From positions 2,170,001 through 2,234,000 of the forward strand of contig OZ374563.1 of NCBI GenBank assembly GCA_977862235.1: a stretch of 64,000 bases of DNA, written 5' to 3'. Within the stretch, counting starts at the first letter, position 1; each line of letters starts with the position of its first letter. This stretch comes from Dudresnaya verticillata (taxonomy: Eukaryota). Position numbers and translations under genes: made by a program. The notes beneath the pieces were generated by a model. It had not been told where the DNA came from. It saw only the letters and a program-made list of their open reading frames with translations, and did not search any database. Below are positions 1 through 11,814 of the stretch, in pieces.

Positions 1-1755
1 GCAAAGGCCCACAGCTTTTGTTGGTTATCATAGTCCTCCATGGGCAACAGGGCTCATACGCAGAAATTCCATGGATATCTGCGGGATATATCCATGCTTG
101 CAGCTCTCTAGAGATTGGAGATTATCGTTCTTCAAGTTCTTGCTCTCGAAAATGGCATGGAAGTCATGAAGTGTTAGGGAGATGACTCAAGGATGTAGAT
201 TCTTACTCCGGGCGGAAATTCAGGGCCACTAGCTTGCGACTGGCCGGGCAGAGAAGGGCTCGACCTCCGAGCAGAAGTGCATGTTAACAGTGCAGAAGTA
301 CATCATTGCGAGATTGGGAAATTTTCAAGCTTCCAGCCGACGGCAAGCTCTCTATCTCGGTTATTCGCTTCATGTATTATGTACATACGAAACTCCAGGA
401 CGTAATGTTTCTTCGTTCTGCCGAGCAAGGTCTCGTAAATAAAGGGACCCAAGTTCCATAGGACCACCGTGAGGACGGAAATCTGTATCTCATACAGGGC
501 ATAGAACCTTTGACAACAAGAACTACCCATTTGGGATGGAATAGAGTCTTTTCTGATGGTATCCTCGGATCTCTCGGATATATTCTATCTCTGGACATGT
601 TTGTCGTAAACAACATTCCATCTCGTAAGCAAGAGCACACCAAATTGTCTTGCGAAACTGATATAGCAAGCAAAGGGGCCGCTATTTCGGGTGGTCGGCG
701 TATGACCACGCTTTTGAGCGGGGGCCAAAGGAACATCGTGCGACGTGTGATGAAAGATCCGATGAAAGCCGAAACCTTTCCTGAAAGCAAAAGAGGTCTG
801 CGTGTGCTAAGATCTGGAACCAGGGGCAGGACTTCAGCATGTGTTTTGCTGAGGCCGAGGGCCTTGTTGGGTTGAACGGAGGAGATTGCTTGAAGGATTG
901 ATTGGCCGAAGGATCGGGGAACATAAAGCTTTCTTGGGTAACAGTGTTAGAGGCAGGAAACCTGGCCCAGATTCCCCGTCGCAGCGGGCTGCAGCAGGGG
1001 TCCCATACCACATGTGGAGCGAGGCCAGGCGGCGCTTGTGTTGGCGGCGTTGTACACGGAATGCCAGAGCAAGTGAGGTGTCCGGATGGTGGAGCAAGGG
1101 TTGTTCGGAAGGTTTGTTGAAACACCAATACCGCAAGTGCAGCATGGAGTGAATACGGGGTTGAAGTCGTGAGCTCCCCCGTTAATGAAAACGGTGAAAA
1201 GGCCAAGCTTCGGACTGGGCGGTATCAGAGCGACCGGAAAAGGTTGACAAAAATGACTCGGCTATCACATCGCGGCAAGATCTGCGTAGATGATCAAGTT
1301 CCTGAGACCAGAAAGGTTCAAAATGTAGCGGTCTTTGCAGGCAGACACTCAGCCAGTGATTAATGGGGAAGCCAAGAGGATCAGCGAAGATGCGTTCAGC
1401 AGGATCGAGAGTTGCAGCAGAACGAAGACGAGAATGGTAGGAGGGAGCCGTGTGACGGGAACCGTTTGTGATTACTCTTCCGCGTAGAACATCACCCATT
1501 TTCAAGAATAGCACTATAAGGACTGTTTTGGTACATGACCGAGGTTTCTTCTATTCCAACATCCGGATTGAGACAACGAATTGGCTTGGCGTGGGTGACT
1601 TCAGGCCTTGCAGCGTCTCGTAGTTTTCAGTAGTCACGTCCGCCTGGCGTGTCCGTTGCTTGCAAGAGTGAGGTGAATCCCAAAAGGGACGAGCTTCAGA
1701 AATTGTCAAGTGACTTCCTTCACGAGAAGTCAGAGCAGGAGCTCCGAGGACTGGC

Positions 1756-3922
1756 ATGAACTGCAGGAATGGGGATCTTGGTGTCGCAGCAGATATCCTC
1801 TCGGTGTTCTCAGGACAAACCCGTTGCTCCTCTGCTCCAAAAAAGGTACCGAAAGGAATCACTTGGCTTCCGATGGACGCGGTAAGAGGGCAGCAGCGCA
1901 AACTGGATTCTTCTCCATGAACTGAAGCAAATCGTCCCGAAAAGGCTTACAGTTGGAATACACAGTTGGAATGCGAGAGAGTTGGAATGCGAAATGATTT
2001 CTGCAGCACGAAATACTCCTTGATGGCAGCAGGTCTGATCCTTTGCTGCATAATGAGCATCTCCCTCTGATCCTTTGCGTTGCGAGGCGGGCAGCTTTCC
2101 ATCGCTTCAACACGTCACCATCGGAGCATTTGTAAGTCAGCTCGTATGTTCATCTGTATTTCCACATCTCTATTCCACTGCGAGTATCTTCTTCGGACCA
2201 TACCACCTGTGACACTCTTGCTCAACAACGAGCTGCAGCGTTGAGCTGGCCGCCGTTCATCTCCGATCTTCGACAAGTACGTGAATGCGAGGAATTCACT
2301 TCTTTTCCTCAAGAAACCATACCTTTTGCTACTAACCAAACCGGGCAAACCTTCAAGCCGTACAGGGACGCTCGCAAAAAACGCCAGTGCGCACGACACC
2401 TTCAAGTAAGCAACACAAAGCTCATTGGACCTTTGAGATACCCGCTCTCCCTCCCCTTTAGAACTTCGATTATTTTCTGCAGGGGATATGGATAACCAGT
2501 TGAACATTGGTGGTATAAGGCTCAGTGCAGATGACTCGAGCGTTGGCTCCGTACCACAGAACGAACAGACAGAAAGCCAAGTAGGAGATACTGTTATCAG
2601 TAAGAACATTTGGAGTGACTCCGCAAGCAAATCACATGTCCAGACGAGACCCCCGTCTGCATGTGTCAGCGTTACTGAGGAAGTTAATGAAGTTATTCCT
2701 GATCGTACTATCGGTGATAGCGTCCCAGAATTCTGCTCGACACATGTACCCACGCCCGCTCCTGACAAGGTTACGGGGTACTTGAGCCTTAAGGAAGAGC
2801 TTGACACGAGTACAGGATGCGTATCCGAATCGGATACGGGCAAAACACGATCACCTCCAAAGCGTATGTTCTTTATCTTTCTCTCTGCGAGTTCGAGGCC
2901 CATCATTACCCAACTTTCACGCCATCGGGATTTTGTTTCCTGTCCTCACCGCTAACAACTATTTCCGTTCATCCTGCTTTCCCCTCATAGATGCAAATCC
3001 TTCAGGTCAGTATCACGAGTATGTCCATTCAGGAACCGGAGAAGTTTCAACCCTAATCGCAGATGGAAAACAACTGTCTATTGAAGTTGAAGCTCCTAGC
3101 GAAATTCCAACGGTCACGATTGCGGAAAGAGCGCGAGTTACATTTCTTGAAGACTCATCTAGATTCAGAAGGGATGGAGAAATCTTTTCTGAGTTGTTCC
3201 ACGTGCAAGATTCCTTCAATAAGGACAGCGACGAAACGGTCCATTGCGTTGACGTATCATCCAATTCGCAGGAACACCAGTATGCCTCCCACCCAGGGGA
3301 AGTTAATCCGAGGAACGAAGAAAGACATGACAGGGTTCAATCTGATGGTAGGTCCCTCCCGAAGGACAGGAATAGTGTGAACAAATGGAAGGTAGCTGGA
3401 ATTGTCTTACACGTCCGACAAGATGATACAGGTGGGCATATCAATCTGAAAGGAGCCCCAAACATTGGGACCGGAGAAGGGCAAACTAGTCATCAAGCAA
3501 AGAGGAAGAATATGAGGTATCAGCCTCATGTGTACAATCGTCTCAGGCAGTTGAGAATCTACAAGTTGAAGTATGAAGCCGAACGGAAAAAGAAGAGAGA
3601 AGAAGAGGCGATTTCAAAATGTGAGGACAGCTCTGGAGAAGGGCAATGCCTGGATCTTCAAGGGGAAAGAATTCCAAACTACGACGCGAAAAAGATGCGA
3701 GACACTAAAGAAGAGCCCCTTTCTACGTATACGGACAACGAAGGCTTACCTGCGGCTCAAAAAGACAACAAAGGGGTTGACGCATTTCATAACGGAGATC
3801 ACGAAATACAACCTGCTCAAGTCGGGCTTCGCTTGGCTAGTTCAGATGATAGAGAAAAAGTATTTGGGACTATGGGAGAGCTGATAGAGTATCATGCCAA
3901 CTTGGGAAAAGACAAGGCATAA
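1756..3922 (+). CDS. Multi-exon hypothetical protein (acidic, low complexity, basic KKKR stretch); 5' end uncertain
   Basis: Hand-built in-frame model: exons (1756-1881), 2007-2131, 2239-2276, 2358-2405, 2483-2863, 2991-3922. Donors GTAAGA/GTAAGT/GTACGT/GTAAGC/GTATGT; branch points ACTAAC (~2331) and GCTAAC (2951). Intron 2864-2990 joins ORFs 2488..2955 and 2801..3922 in frame. No recognised domain. Confidence 0.5.
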
Positions 3923-3924
3923 GC

Positions 3925-4235
3925 CTTTGCGCGGAAGTACGTCACTTTGATGTCGCCCTGCCCCCACCGCGTCACATACCCCCGTTGGCTCTACAGCTAC
4001 CAGACCACCGCGATTGGAAGCTGACGATCCGCTAGAACTTGCGCACCTTCCCATTCCCACCAAGCTGCACCACCACTGCAGCCCTAGTACGTATGCATGC
4101 CGTGAAGTTACAGCTTATATTCTCCCCAAGGCCCACTTCCGACATGTATAAATAGAGTTCGTCACCTCGCAGCTAGCACCATGATGGGCCTTTGCAGCCT
4201 GCGCAGGACCACCTAAAACAACAATAAACATGAAT
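3925..4235 (+). mobile_element. Degenerate 3' fragment of the RWHLG-family non-LTR retrotransposon
   Basis: Translates LQLPDHRDWKLTIR*NLRTFPFPPSCTT (compare LRLANYRDRLLAIRWHLGTFPIPPSCTT near 31000). Ends in the family 3' motif ATGGGCC..GCAGGACCACCTAAAACAACAATAAA. Confidence 0.7.
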
Positions 4236-4760
4236 CATCACCATGAGTTTCCGATATAGCTCATCTGCCTTTCCCACGATATACTTCGAATTTTTCGCCG
4301 ACGCCCTTGGGGCCATTACCCAACATCTCTGCCTCGAACTTTCCACAACTGCAAACCCGCACTCCGTAGAGCTAGGCCCCGATCTGACACGACTGCCTAG
4401 CTGAACCTGACCAAAGCACTGCTGACAGATTACGCCCACCTCGGCACTCACCCACGGTGAGCTTTTGTGTGAGCCGTTCTTGCCCGCGAAAGCCCACCAA
4501 AAACAACCAACAAGAACCTCTGTGCGAACCGAGTAATGCTTAATTTTAAACGTAGATACAGTAAAGCTCCACGGCCTACTGACCGGAATGAGCGCTGGAT
4601 CCCGTAATCTTTGAATCGCAGTATGGGTAGTAACGTTTTCGCACAGGAATGAAGAGATCCAATCCTCAACAAGCATGCATCCCTTTAATCACAATATTCA
4701 GAGTAAAGAGAAATCTCTCATGCAGAAACACTCTTTGGGCGGAATCAAAAAGTCCTTTTC

Positions 4761-5807
4761 CTACGCCGAAGGCGACGGAATGTTTTCCATCACGTGAAAG
4801 CCCATTGTTTCGATCGAGCAATGACACTTCTCTACCATCTCTTGCAGTGCCTTTTTGCACAACCTCATCTCCATCACGATTGAATTCAGGCGAGCTGGTA
4901 TCTTCCAGAGTTCCGCAGTAGCATGCATCATCCTCTCCGCGTTAACACCCCGCAATCCCACAGAATTAGCACCTGACATCGCTTGCCCGTGGCTCATTTG
5001 ATACGGAATGTATCCATATCCTCCTCCGAGCCAAACTGGTTCGGTAATTGTGAACTGAAAGGAGGGCACCTCTTCAGCTCGAATGAGCCTGATTTTCTCT
5101 TTCAGGGCCGCAATTGCCGCAGACCCTCTCTTCACCTCTTCTGAAAGAAGATCTTTGCAATGATTCACCATGACGAGATAGAAGTGCAGGCTGTTATTGA
5201 ACCCAAGACTCCGCTGGCCTCCTGGGACATGGTCAAACTTCACGCGGAGAACGTCCAGAGAGCTCAGGCCCGTCATAGACTCGTACGAGTACTCATAATC
5301 AATAGCTTCACTATCGGTAGAAGCTTTCTCCAAAAGTTGCAGGACATGAACCAAGCCAGTCTCTGCAGGGCCCGAAAGATCATTTCCATGCAAACCAGGA
5401 ACATGCCTAGAGGTGCCAGTGGACACCGTACTGGCATGATTGCGGTGCCCGTCCGTGGAGCTCGAAGCGTGCCCGCCCTGTGGGTTTGAAGCCAAGCTTG
5501 ACTCTGACAAATTGCGATCTCCATGAGCTTCCGAGGGGCCTGCGTGGGTTGCCTCGCCAATTGTGCATGATGGGATTCTCCACGAGTTAATGTTGCGAAT
5601 CACACTGGAGCTCAAGCGCCCTTCTCCGTCACACAGCCGTCTATACCACTCGCGGTTAGACGGATTCATGGCTGGCTTAAGCTTCTGCCGGAAGTCTTGA
5701 AATGGACTTTCGACACTTTGTAAGACTGAACGCAGTGACTGTGTCCAAGGGTTAGGCCACCGACCGCGTGATTCTGCATTTCCGGCGATGCGCACGGAAT
5801 CACGCAT
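4761..5807 (-). CDS. Hypothetical protein, 348 aa
   Basis: Uninterrupted 1047-bp ATG ORF, intact in both duplicates; no recognised domain. Confidence 0.5.
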   Translation of the reverse strand: MRDSVRIAGNAESRGRWPNPWTQSLRSVLQSVESPFQDFRQKLKPAMNPSNREWYRRLCDGEGRLSSSVIRNINSWRIPSCTIGEATHAGPSEAHGDRNLSESSLASNPQGGHASSSTDGHRNHASTVSTGTSRHVPGLHGNDLSGPAETGLVHVLQLLEKASTDSEAIDYEYSYESMTGLSSLDVLRVKFDHVPGGQRSLGFNNSLHFYLVMVNHCKDLLSEEVKRGSAAIAALKEKIRLIRAEEVPSFQFTITEPVWLGGGYGYIPYQMSHGQAMSGANSVGLRGVNAERMMHATAELWKIPARLNSIVMEMRLCKKALQEMVEKCHCSIETMGFHVMENIPSPSA

Positions 5808-5900
5808 CTCGTAGGAAAATCTGTGGAAAGCCTTTCAAATTTTGACATCTCGAGAGACCCGCAAAATCTGCCTTCGCAGCCCTTGGGAAGAAGTGGAATG

Positions 5901-6170
5901 TGTTAGATTTGTGTGTTGATGTGCCAACCAGTCTGGGCTACTCCCTGTTTATGGCTGGTCTTTATACGGTAAGCAAAGTCCTACTACTACATTTTCGAAC
6001 CTTTGCTTGCACGGCAGGAGAGTCCTCTCCGGGTGATAATTCCGGGGGAGTCTCCTGAAGAGCAGGGCCGGAGAGTTTCTGCACTTCTGTCATTGTCAGG
6101 TAAACTGCATTGTTGTGGTGCATGTTGACCGTGATAAGTTCGTGTCACATTGAACATCATTGTGCCAACA
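5901..6170 (-). repeat. 3' LTR of copia family 1 (270 bp)
   Basis: Direct repeat of 10444-10713; TGTT...AACA termini; next to the PPT at 6171-6180. Confidence 0.97.
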
Positions 6171-6183
6171 TTCCCCCTCGAAC

Positions 6184-9100
6184 TTAACAGCGGTCGATTG
6201 AGATGCCCATCATACTTGTGAACCTTGTATGTTTGAACTTCTGCAAGGCCTTGGTCATAACGTCTGCCACCATATTCTCGGTTGAGATGTACTGTAGTTC
6301 GATAGACGCTTTCTGGATGTGGTCACGAATGAAATGGTACTTGACATCGATGTGTTTCGTGCGTTCGTTGGAGACACTGTTCTTTGCGAGCGCCATCGAA
6401 CCTTGATTGTCTGTGTATAATGTGAAAGTCTTGTTGGCATCTGCGCGAAACTCCTTGTTCAGTCGTTGAAGCCATAAAGCCTCACGAACGGCAAATGAAG
6501 TTGCAACATATTCGGCTTCAACACTTGACTGTGCTACTATACTTTGTTTCTTGCTACGCCATGAAATAGCCCCACCGCAACTCAGGAAAACAAATCCGCT
6601 TGTTGATTTCCTCTCAATGCGATCTCCGGCAAAGTCAGAATCAGTAAATCCATGCAACCCTACGCAATCTTTGCTCCTTGATACAAAGGAGATACCATTC
6701 TCTTCTGTACCTTTCAGGTAACGAAGGACATACTTGGCGGCATTCCAGTGTACTCTAGAAGGCTTTTGCATAAAACGGGAGAGATATGAAGTTGCAAACG
6801 CGATGTCTGGCCGGGTAGTGTTGGCAAGGTGCAGCAAACCTCCAACCAATTCGCGAAACGGTACCGATTCTGGTTCCCATTCCCCCTCATCGGTGACGTT
6901 TGGGGTTTCCAGAATTGTGCCAGGTGGCAATGGAGTAGTTGTAGACTTGGCATACTGTAATCCGAACTTAGAAACCATCTCGCGGATCATGTGTGGACTG
7001 GATACCTGAATGCAACGTAGATCACGGTTACGATGAATGATGATACCTAAAAACTTCGTCACACTCTTCTCGACGCGGATATCTACCTTTTCGGCAATAG
7101 ATGTAGTTATCTTGCGCATTAATGAGAGGCTGGCACTGACGAGTAGCATATCATCTACGTAGACTAAAACAAACAAACGGATAGAGTCGAGGATAAGGAT
7201 GTAGAGGCTAGCGTCAGACTCAGACTGAAAGAAACCCAGGGTCTTAAGAAGTGTATCGATTGTTCGATGCCAGGCACGCGAGGCTTGCTTCAGACCGTAG
7301 AGCGCTTTCAGGAGGCGGTAGACAAAATGACGTTTTTCATTGTTCACGAAACCCTCAGGTTGTTTCATGTAGATGACCTCGTCAAGGTCGCCCTTGAGAA
7401 ACGCAGCCTTCACATCCAGTTGCATCATCTGTAAGTCCTCATCCGCTGCCAAGGAGAGAAGGAAACGGAGCGTGGAGTATTTGGCTACAGGTGCAAATGT
7501 TTCTTCGTAGTCAATTCCATACCGCTGTGAAAATCCTTTTGCTACGAGGCGTGCTCGATATCGAGATACCCGGTGGTCAGCGTCTCGCTTCTTGAAATAA
7601 ACCCACCTGTTCTGGACGGCCTTGGCATCCGTCGGGAGAGGAACAAGCATCCATGTACTCTTACGCTCGATCTCAGCAATTTCTTCATTCATAGCCTGAA
7701 CCCATTGATCCTTTTCAGGGCCGCCTACGGCCTCTTTGTATGTGGTCGGAACCTCGGCTGATTCATTTCCCATTCGTACGTTAAGTGCAATTGATGCGAT
7801 GTCACCGTATCGCGCTGGAGTTGTCGACGCACGATTAGAGCGACGCAATTGCGGGAAGTGGGTAAGTTCTTCAGTATTAACGGAACTAGGGGAGTTGCTG
7901 TCCCTATCCTCTTCGTCTTCGTGATCGGACTGGAGTTCTCCTTCTTCGTCATCGGAGTCGTCCGCGAGATCTGGGAGAGAATTGTTATCATCCTCCGGGT
8001 CAGGTAGTTCCATAAAGTTATGTTTGGTTTCCTCTTCTGGCTCTGACACAGCGTCAAGACCTGTGTAGGTCTCATCGCAGCTGACATCTCGGGAAGTAAC
8101 AACTTTGCCATCGGTAACGAAGTAGACTTTGTAACTGTTGCCTCTTTCATAACCAACCAGGAGGCCTACCTTGGCCCGTGGTTCGAATTTGCTTTTCCTG
8201 GTTGCTTTGGGAATATGGACATACGCTCGGCAGCCAAACTTGCGGATGTGGGCTAGATTTGGCTTCTTGCCCATAATAACTTCGTACGGGGTCTGGTTGG
8301 ACGAATTGCATGAACGGGTATACAGCCGGTTTCGAAGGTAGTTAGCTGTGTTTACAGCTTCAGCCCACAGTGATTCATGGTCAGGAATGTCTGAAACAGC
8401 CATGAGCATTGTTCGAGCCATGTCTAGCAGGGCACGGTTGAGTCGTTCGGCCTTTCCGTTAGACTCCGGAGAGTACGAAGAGGTTAGTTCGTGAACTGTA
8501 CCTCGATTGGAGAGCCATTTCTTGAACTTGTTGGAGAGGAATTCCCCGCCATTATCAGTACGCATCCTCTTGACACGTACAAATTCGGGGTCGTAAGCGT
8601 CTGCAGTTACACGACGGGCTATTAGTCGTTTGACCTTAGAGCCGAATACAGTTTCCAATTCCACTAGCATCTCTTTTAGTGCTTTGCTGGCATCTCCCTT
8701 CCCGGAGATGAAACGTACGAGAGACAAGGAACTGTGGTCATCGAGTAGAGTCACGAAATGCCGTGCACCCTTGATGGATCGGCGACGAGAGGGGCCAACT
8801 AAATCAGAGTGGACAAGATGTAACGGTTGTGTAGACTTCTGTTCTTCATCGGTGGCCTCAAAACGTACTTTGCGAGTCGACTTTCCCTTGAGACAGCTAT
8901 CGCACTTTGATGGAAACTTGCACTGAGATATTTCAAGACCATTGACTAGTGGAAGGGAATGCTGAATTGTTTCAGGACTAACGTGTCCCAGCCGTTCATG
9001 CCATAGCTTCTGTTTGGCTTCGACGGAAATGGCAGCAGTGTGAGTGTCAGCTTCCACTTGTGTTGGATTCATGGTGACTCGATACAGTCCGTCCTCGTGT

Positions 9101-10341
9101 TCGAGACCTTGAAGAATAACATCATTGCTACGGGATCCTGATACAGTACAGATTCCTTGGCCGTTGGTATCTGTCTCGAAGATAACGCGATGTCCCTGCT
9201 TGCGAAGACGACTAACTGAGATCAGGTTGCACATCAGTCCTGGAACATGTAGGACATTGGTCATTCGGATGTTGACATCACGGTCGCCGACTTTCGCGAC
9301 ACACAACAAGTCACCAATGGCAACAACTGGAGATTGGTTGCCGTTCCCTACCATTACAGATGATGGGCTTTGACTGATATTCTGGGTAAGGAAGTGCTCT
9401 GAGTTGTTCGTCATATGCGAGGAACAACCAGAATCAATATACCATTCATAAGGTGGCGAGGCAAGGACAGTAGTGTTAGCGGTTGCACATTTTGAGATGA
9501 ACGTGATGTAATTTGACCCACTAGTAGCGGTGTTAGCATAATTTGCTGCTTCTGTCTCCTTCTGGTTCGAGCGCGGGTCGCGGAAGCTGCCTTGTGGTTT
9601 TCCATTTGCAGCACGAGGTCGATAGCGAGGGCTCTCTGGATTATCAAAACAGTCGGGCTTGATATGACCGAGTCGTCCACAGTAGTGGCATTTCTTCTTT
9701 CTGTTTTGTGTTGCTGCTAATGCAGTAGAACTTTCTCCATTTGCCGTGCTAACGTCGTCTTGCAAAATGTTGATTTCCTCAAGGACGAGTTGCGATATAC
9801 ATTCTTCATACTTTGTGCCTGAGATCAACATTACTTTCTTCACAACATGATACTCCTCTCTAAGTCCTCGTAGTAAGGCCCTTTTGCGATCTCGCTCAGA
9901 TATTGAATGTCCAACTGATGTTAACTTTTGCTCCAGGTTAGTCAACCGATTTACGTAGCTCATAATATTCTCCGTCGGTAGCATGGTAACTGTCTGGTAC
10001 TGCGTCAGATAGGCATCAATTGATGCCTCCGAAATAACTTGAAACATAGACTCAAGAGTGTCCCAAACTTGCTTAGCGTCTCGTAAGCCAATAACACGGG
10101 CGCTAATTGAGTCGTCCACAGTGAGTAGTAAGTTTGTAAGAGCGACATCATGGCGACGTTGAAACTTTTCACCTTCATCGACGGAGGCACCTTCCGGTTT
10201 CTTCTCGGTGCCTGACACGATTCCCCAGAGCCCCTTGGCACGAAGTACTAACTCGATTTTACGAGACCATATGTAGTAGTTCTGGGATGTAAGCTTCTCA
10301 ATACGATAGCGAGAGAGGTCTGTCCCACTTTCAGAATCCAT
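6184..10341 (-). CDS. Copia Gag-Pol polyprotein, 1385 aa, intact
   Basis: Zinc knuckle CHYCGRLGHIKPDC; protease WYIDSGCSSHM; integrase LWHERLGH..CDSC, VHSDL, RTDNGGEF, NGKAERLNR; RT QLDVKAAFL, LYGLKQ, YVDD; RNase H FTDSDFAG, TDNQ, ADVMTK. Confidence 0.97.
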   Translation of the reverse strand: MDSESGTDLSRYRIEKLTSQNYYIWSRKIELVLRAKGLWGIVSGTEKKPEGASVDEGEKFQRRHDVALTNLLLTVDDSISARVIGLRDAKQVWDTLESMFQVISEASIDAYLTQYQTVTMLPTENIMSYVNRLTNLEQKLTSVGHSISERDRKRALLRGLREEYHVVKKVMLISGTKYEECISQLVLEEINILQDDVSTANGESSTALAATQNRKKKCHYCGRLGHIKPDCFDNPESPRYRPRAANGKPQGSFRDPRSNQKETEAANYANTATSGSNYITFISKCATANTTVLASPPYEWYIDSGCSSHMTNNSEHFLTQNISQSPSSVMVGNGNQSPVVAIGDLLCVAKVGDRDVNIRMTNVLHVPGLMCNLISVSRLRKQGHRVIFETDTNGQGICTVSGSRSNDVILQGLEHEDGLYRVTMNPTQVEADTHTAAISVEAKQKLWHERLGHVSPETIQHSLPLVNGLEISQCKFPSKCDSCLKGKSTRKVRFEATDEEQKSTQPLHLVHSDLVGPSRRRSIKGARHFVTLLDDHSSLSLVRFISGKGDASKALKEMLVELETVFGSKVKRLIARRVTADAYDPEFVRVKRMRTDNGGEFLSNKFKKWLSNRGTVHELTSSYSPESNGKAERLNRALLDMARTMLMAVSDIPDHESLWAEAVNTANYLRNRLYTRSCNSSNQTPYEVIMGKKPNLAHIRKFGCRAYVHIPKATRKSKFEPRAKVGLLVGYERGNSYKVYFVTDGKVVTSRDVSCDETYTGLDAVSEPEEETKHNFMELPDPEDDNNSLPDLADDSDDEEGELQSDHEDEEDRDSNSPSSVNTEELTHFPQLRRSNRASTTPARYGDIASIALNVRMGNESAEVPTTYKEAVGGPEKDQWVQAMNEEIAEIERKSTWMLVPLPTDAKAVQNRWVYFKKRDADHRVSRYRARLVAKGFSQRYGIDYEETFAPVAKYSTLRFLLSLAADEDLQMMQLDVKAAFLKGDLDEVIYMKQPEGFVNNEKRHFVYRLLKALYGLKQASRAWHRTIDTLLKTLGFFQSESDASLYILILDSIRLFVLVYVDDMLLVSASLSLMRKITTSIAEKVDIRVEKSVTKFLGIIIHRNRDLRCIQVSSPHMIREMVSKFGLQYAKSTTTPLPPGTILETPNVTDEGEWEPESVPFRELVGGLLHLANTTRPDIAFATSYLSRFMQKPSRVHWNAAKYVLRYLKGTEENGISFVSRSKDCVGLHGFTDSDFAGDRIERKSTSGFVFLSCGGAISWRSKKQSIVAQSSVEAEYVATSFAVREALWLQRLNKEFRADANKTFTLYTDNQGSMALAKNSVSNERTKHIDVKYHFIRDHIQKASIELQYISTENMVADVMTKALQKFKHTRFTSMMGISIDRC

Positions 10342-10427
10342 GTTGTGGGAAGACTGACGAAAAAACGAAACGACGAGTTGCTACGAAACGATAGACGGGA
10401 CGTCAAGCGCAGATAGAATTGCGCGTA

Positions 10428-10443
10428 CTAGAACCCCATAACC
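10428..10443 (-). other. Primer-binding site, half-tRNA-iMet (copia/Ty5) type, imperfect
   Basis: Minus strand GGTTATGGGGTTCTAG directly follows the 5' LTR; the first 9 nt match the GGTTATGGG core that pairs with the tRNA-iMet anticodon arm. Confidence 0.7.
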
Positions 10444-10713
10444 TGTTAGATTTGTGTGTTGATGTGCCAACCAGTCTGGGCTACTCCCTGTTTATGGCTG
10501 GTCTTTATACGGTAAGCAAAGTCCTACTACTACATTTTCGAACCTTTGCTTGCACGGCAGGAGAGTCCTCTCCGGGTGATAATTCCGGGGGAGTCTCCTG
10601 AAGAGCAGGGCCGGAGAGTTTCTGCACTTCTGTCATTGTCAGGTAAACTGCATTGTTGTGGTGCATGTTGACCGTGATAAGTTCGTGTCACATTGAACAT
10701 CATTGTGCCAACA
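10444..10713 (-). repeat. 5' LTR of copia family 1 (270 bp)
   Basis: Direct repeat of 5901-6170; flanked by TSD GAATG. Confidence 0.97.
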
Positions 10714-11814
10714 GAATGCGCCTGTGCCCGACGTGAGAGTGGCAGCGGCTCGAAGACATAGCGCATGGTTAGCAGCTGTTCTCGCGCGTGAAGCAAGGAG
10801 TACATGCGGCTAGGAAAAGGGGAAACCCGACAAGGAGCGGCGTAAGGCGAAACTGTGACCACCAAAGCCCCTCCCCTCTCCAGGCCCCGTGCGTCGGTGC
10901 GCCTTGTAACAGTCTGTGTGTGTGTCTGGGAAAGTACCTCTTGGACCTGGAGGATGCACAAAGGCGTCTTCCTTTTTTTGCTTCCCTAATACCACTGCTG
11001 ATTTGAAAAAGAAGCTCACAAGAAGGTCCTATCCGGAAGAGGGCGGTAGGATTCACAAGCACATTTTTCTCCAGACTGAAAACATCAGCTGCTCTTTGAT
11101 CAAGTAGTAACTCGAAGCGCTGTACGTATGAGCGAGCTTTCATTTCTGCGGCCATGAGATCGGCTGTTACAACATCTAGGCATACATCAGCGCATTACGT
11201 ACGATGGTTCTTGTCGAAGGACAACGCGATTTTGTAAGCCTTCGCAGTGCTGGATCTGTATTAGAGAGCGTGGAAAGGGCGACTATTTCGAAGATAAGAC
11301 ATCCAGATGCGGTGAGACCACGCCTACTGCCCAGTTCACGAAGATGTTCATTTACTATTGGGATGTAGAATAAGTACACGAAAGGTCGTCGGAAGTGAGA
11401 GATGGGAACCTTTATTGTTTATGGTAGGGTGCGAAGTGAGGACTTGGAGGTTTGCAGAAATCTTGCAAAGCGCAATTGAAACGGACATACAACAGCGCCG
11501 GCATCAACTTACGAGCAAACGATAGTATGTGTGTCTCAAAAGTAAGAACAATGCTCGTTCCGTACTTCCTATCCCCCAGATGCCTATGCCTTCCAAGTCT
11601 GGTATTTGATTTCTCTACGCCTGCGTCTTCAAAGATTGTAACTGGCCCACACTGGCGATGCCGTTCCCCGATCAATGACTGACGGTGGACAGTTGTCAAC
11701 AATAGTCCTTCCTATCGCTTCTTCGTGTATCCGCAATAGAAAATCTCGCAGAACGTACACTGCCCCGTCTCGCTTACCAGGTGGTAAGCCATGGTTTCCT
11801 TGATCTACTGCCCC

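Larger units (their letters stand above)
5901..10713 (-). mobile_element. Full-length Ty1/copia LTR retrotransposon (family 1), copy 1
   Basis: Two apparently identical 270-bp LTRs with TG...CA ends; 5-bp TSD GAATG (5896-5900, 10714-10718); PBS-like GGTTATGGG after the 5' LTR; purine tract CGAGGGGGAA before the 3' LTR; single gag-pol ORF in copia order PR-INT-RT-RH. Confidence 0.98.

Noticed and set aside
303..1514. Several overlapping 60-175 aa ORFs on both strands
   Set aside because: No recognisable motifs, mostly non-ATG starts; their recurrence at 17.6 kb is only due to the duplication.
2115..2906. 263-aa minus-strand ORF
   Set aside because: Antisense shadow of the spliced plus-strand gene, whose splice signals are all on the + strand.
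3855..3900. KVFGTMGELIEYH resembles the last helix of an SH2 domain
   Set aside because: No upstream SH2 core (FLVR motif); too short to support a call.
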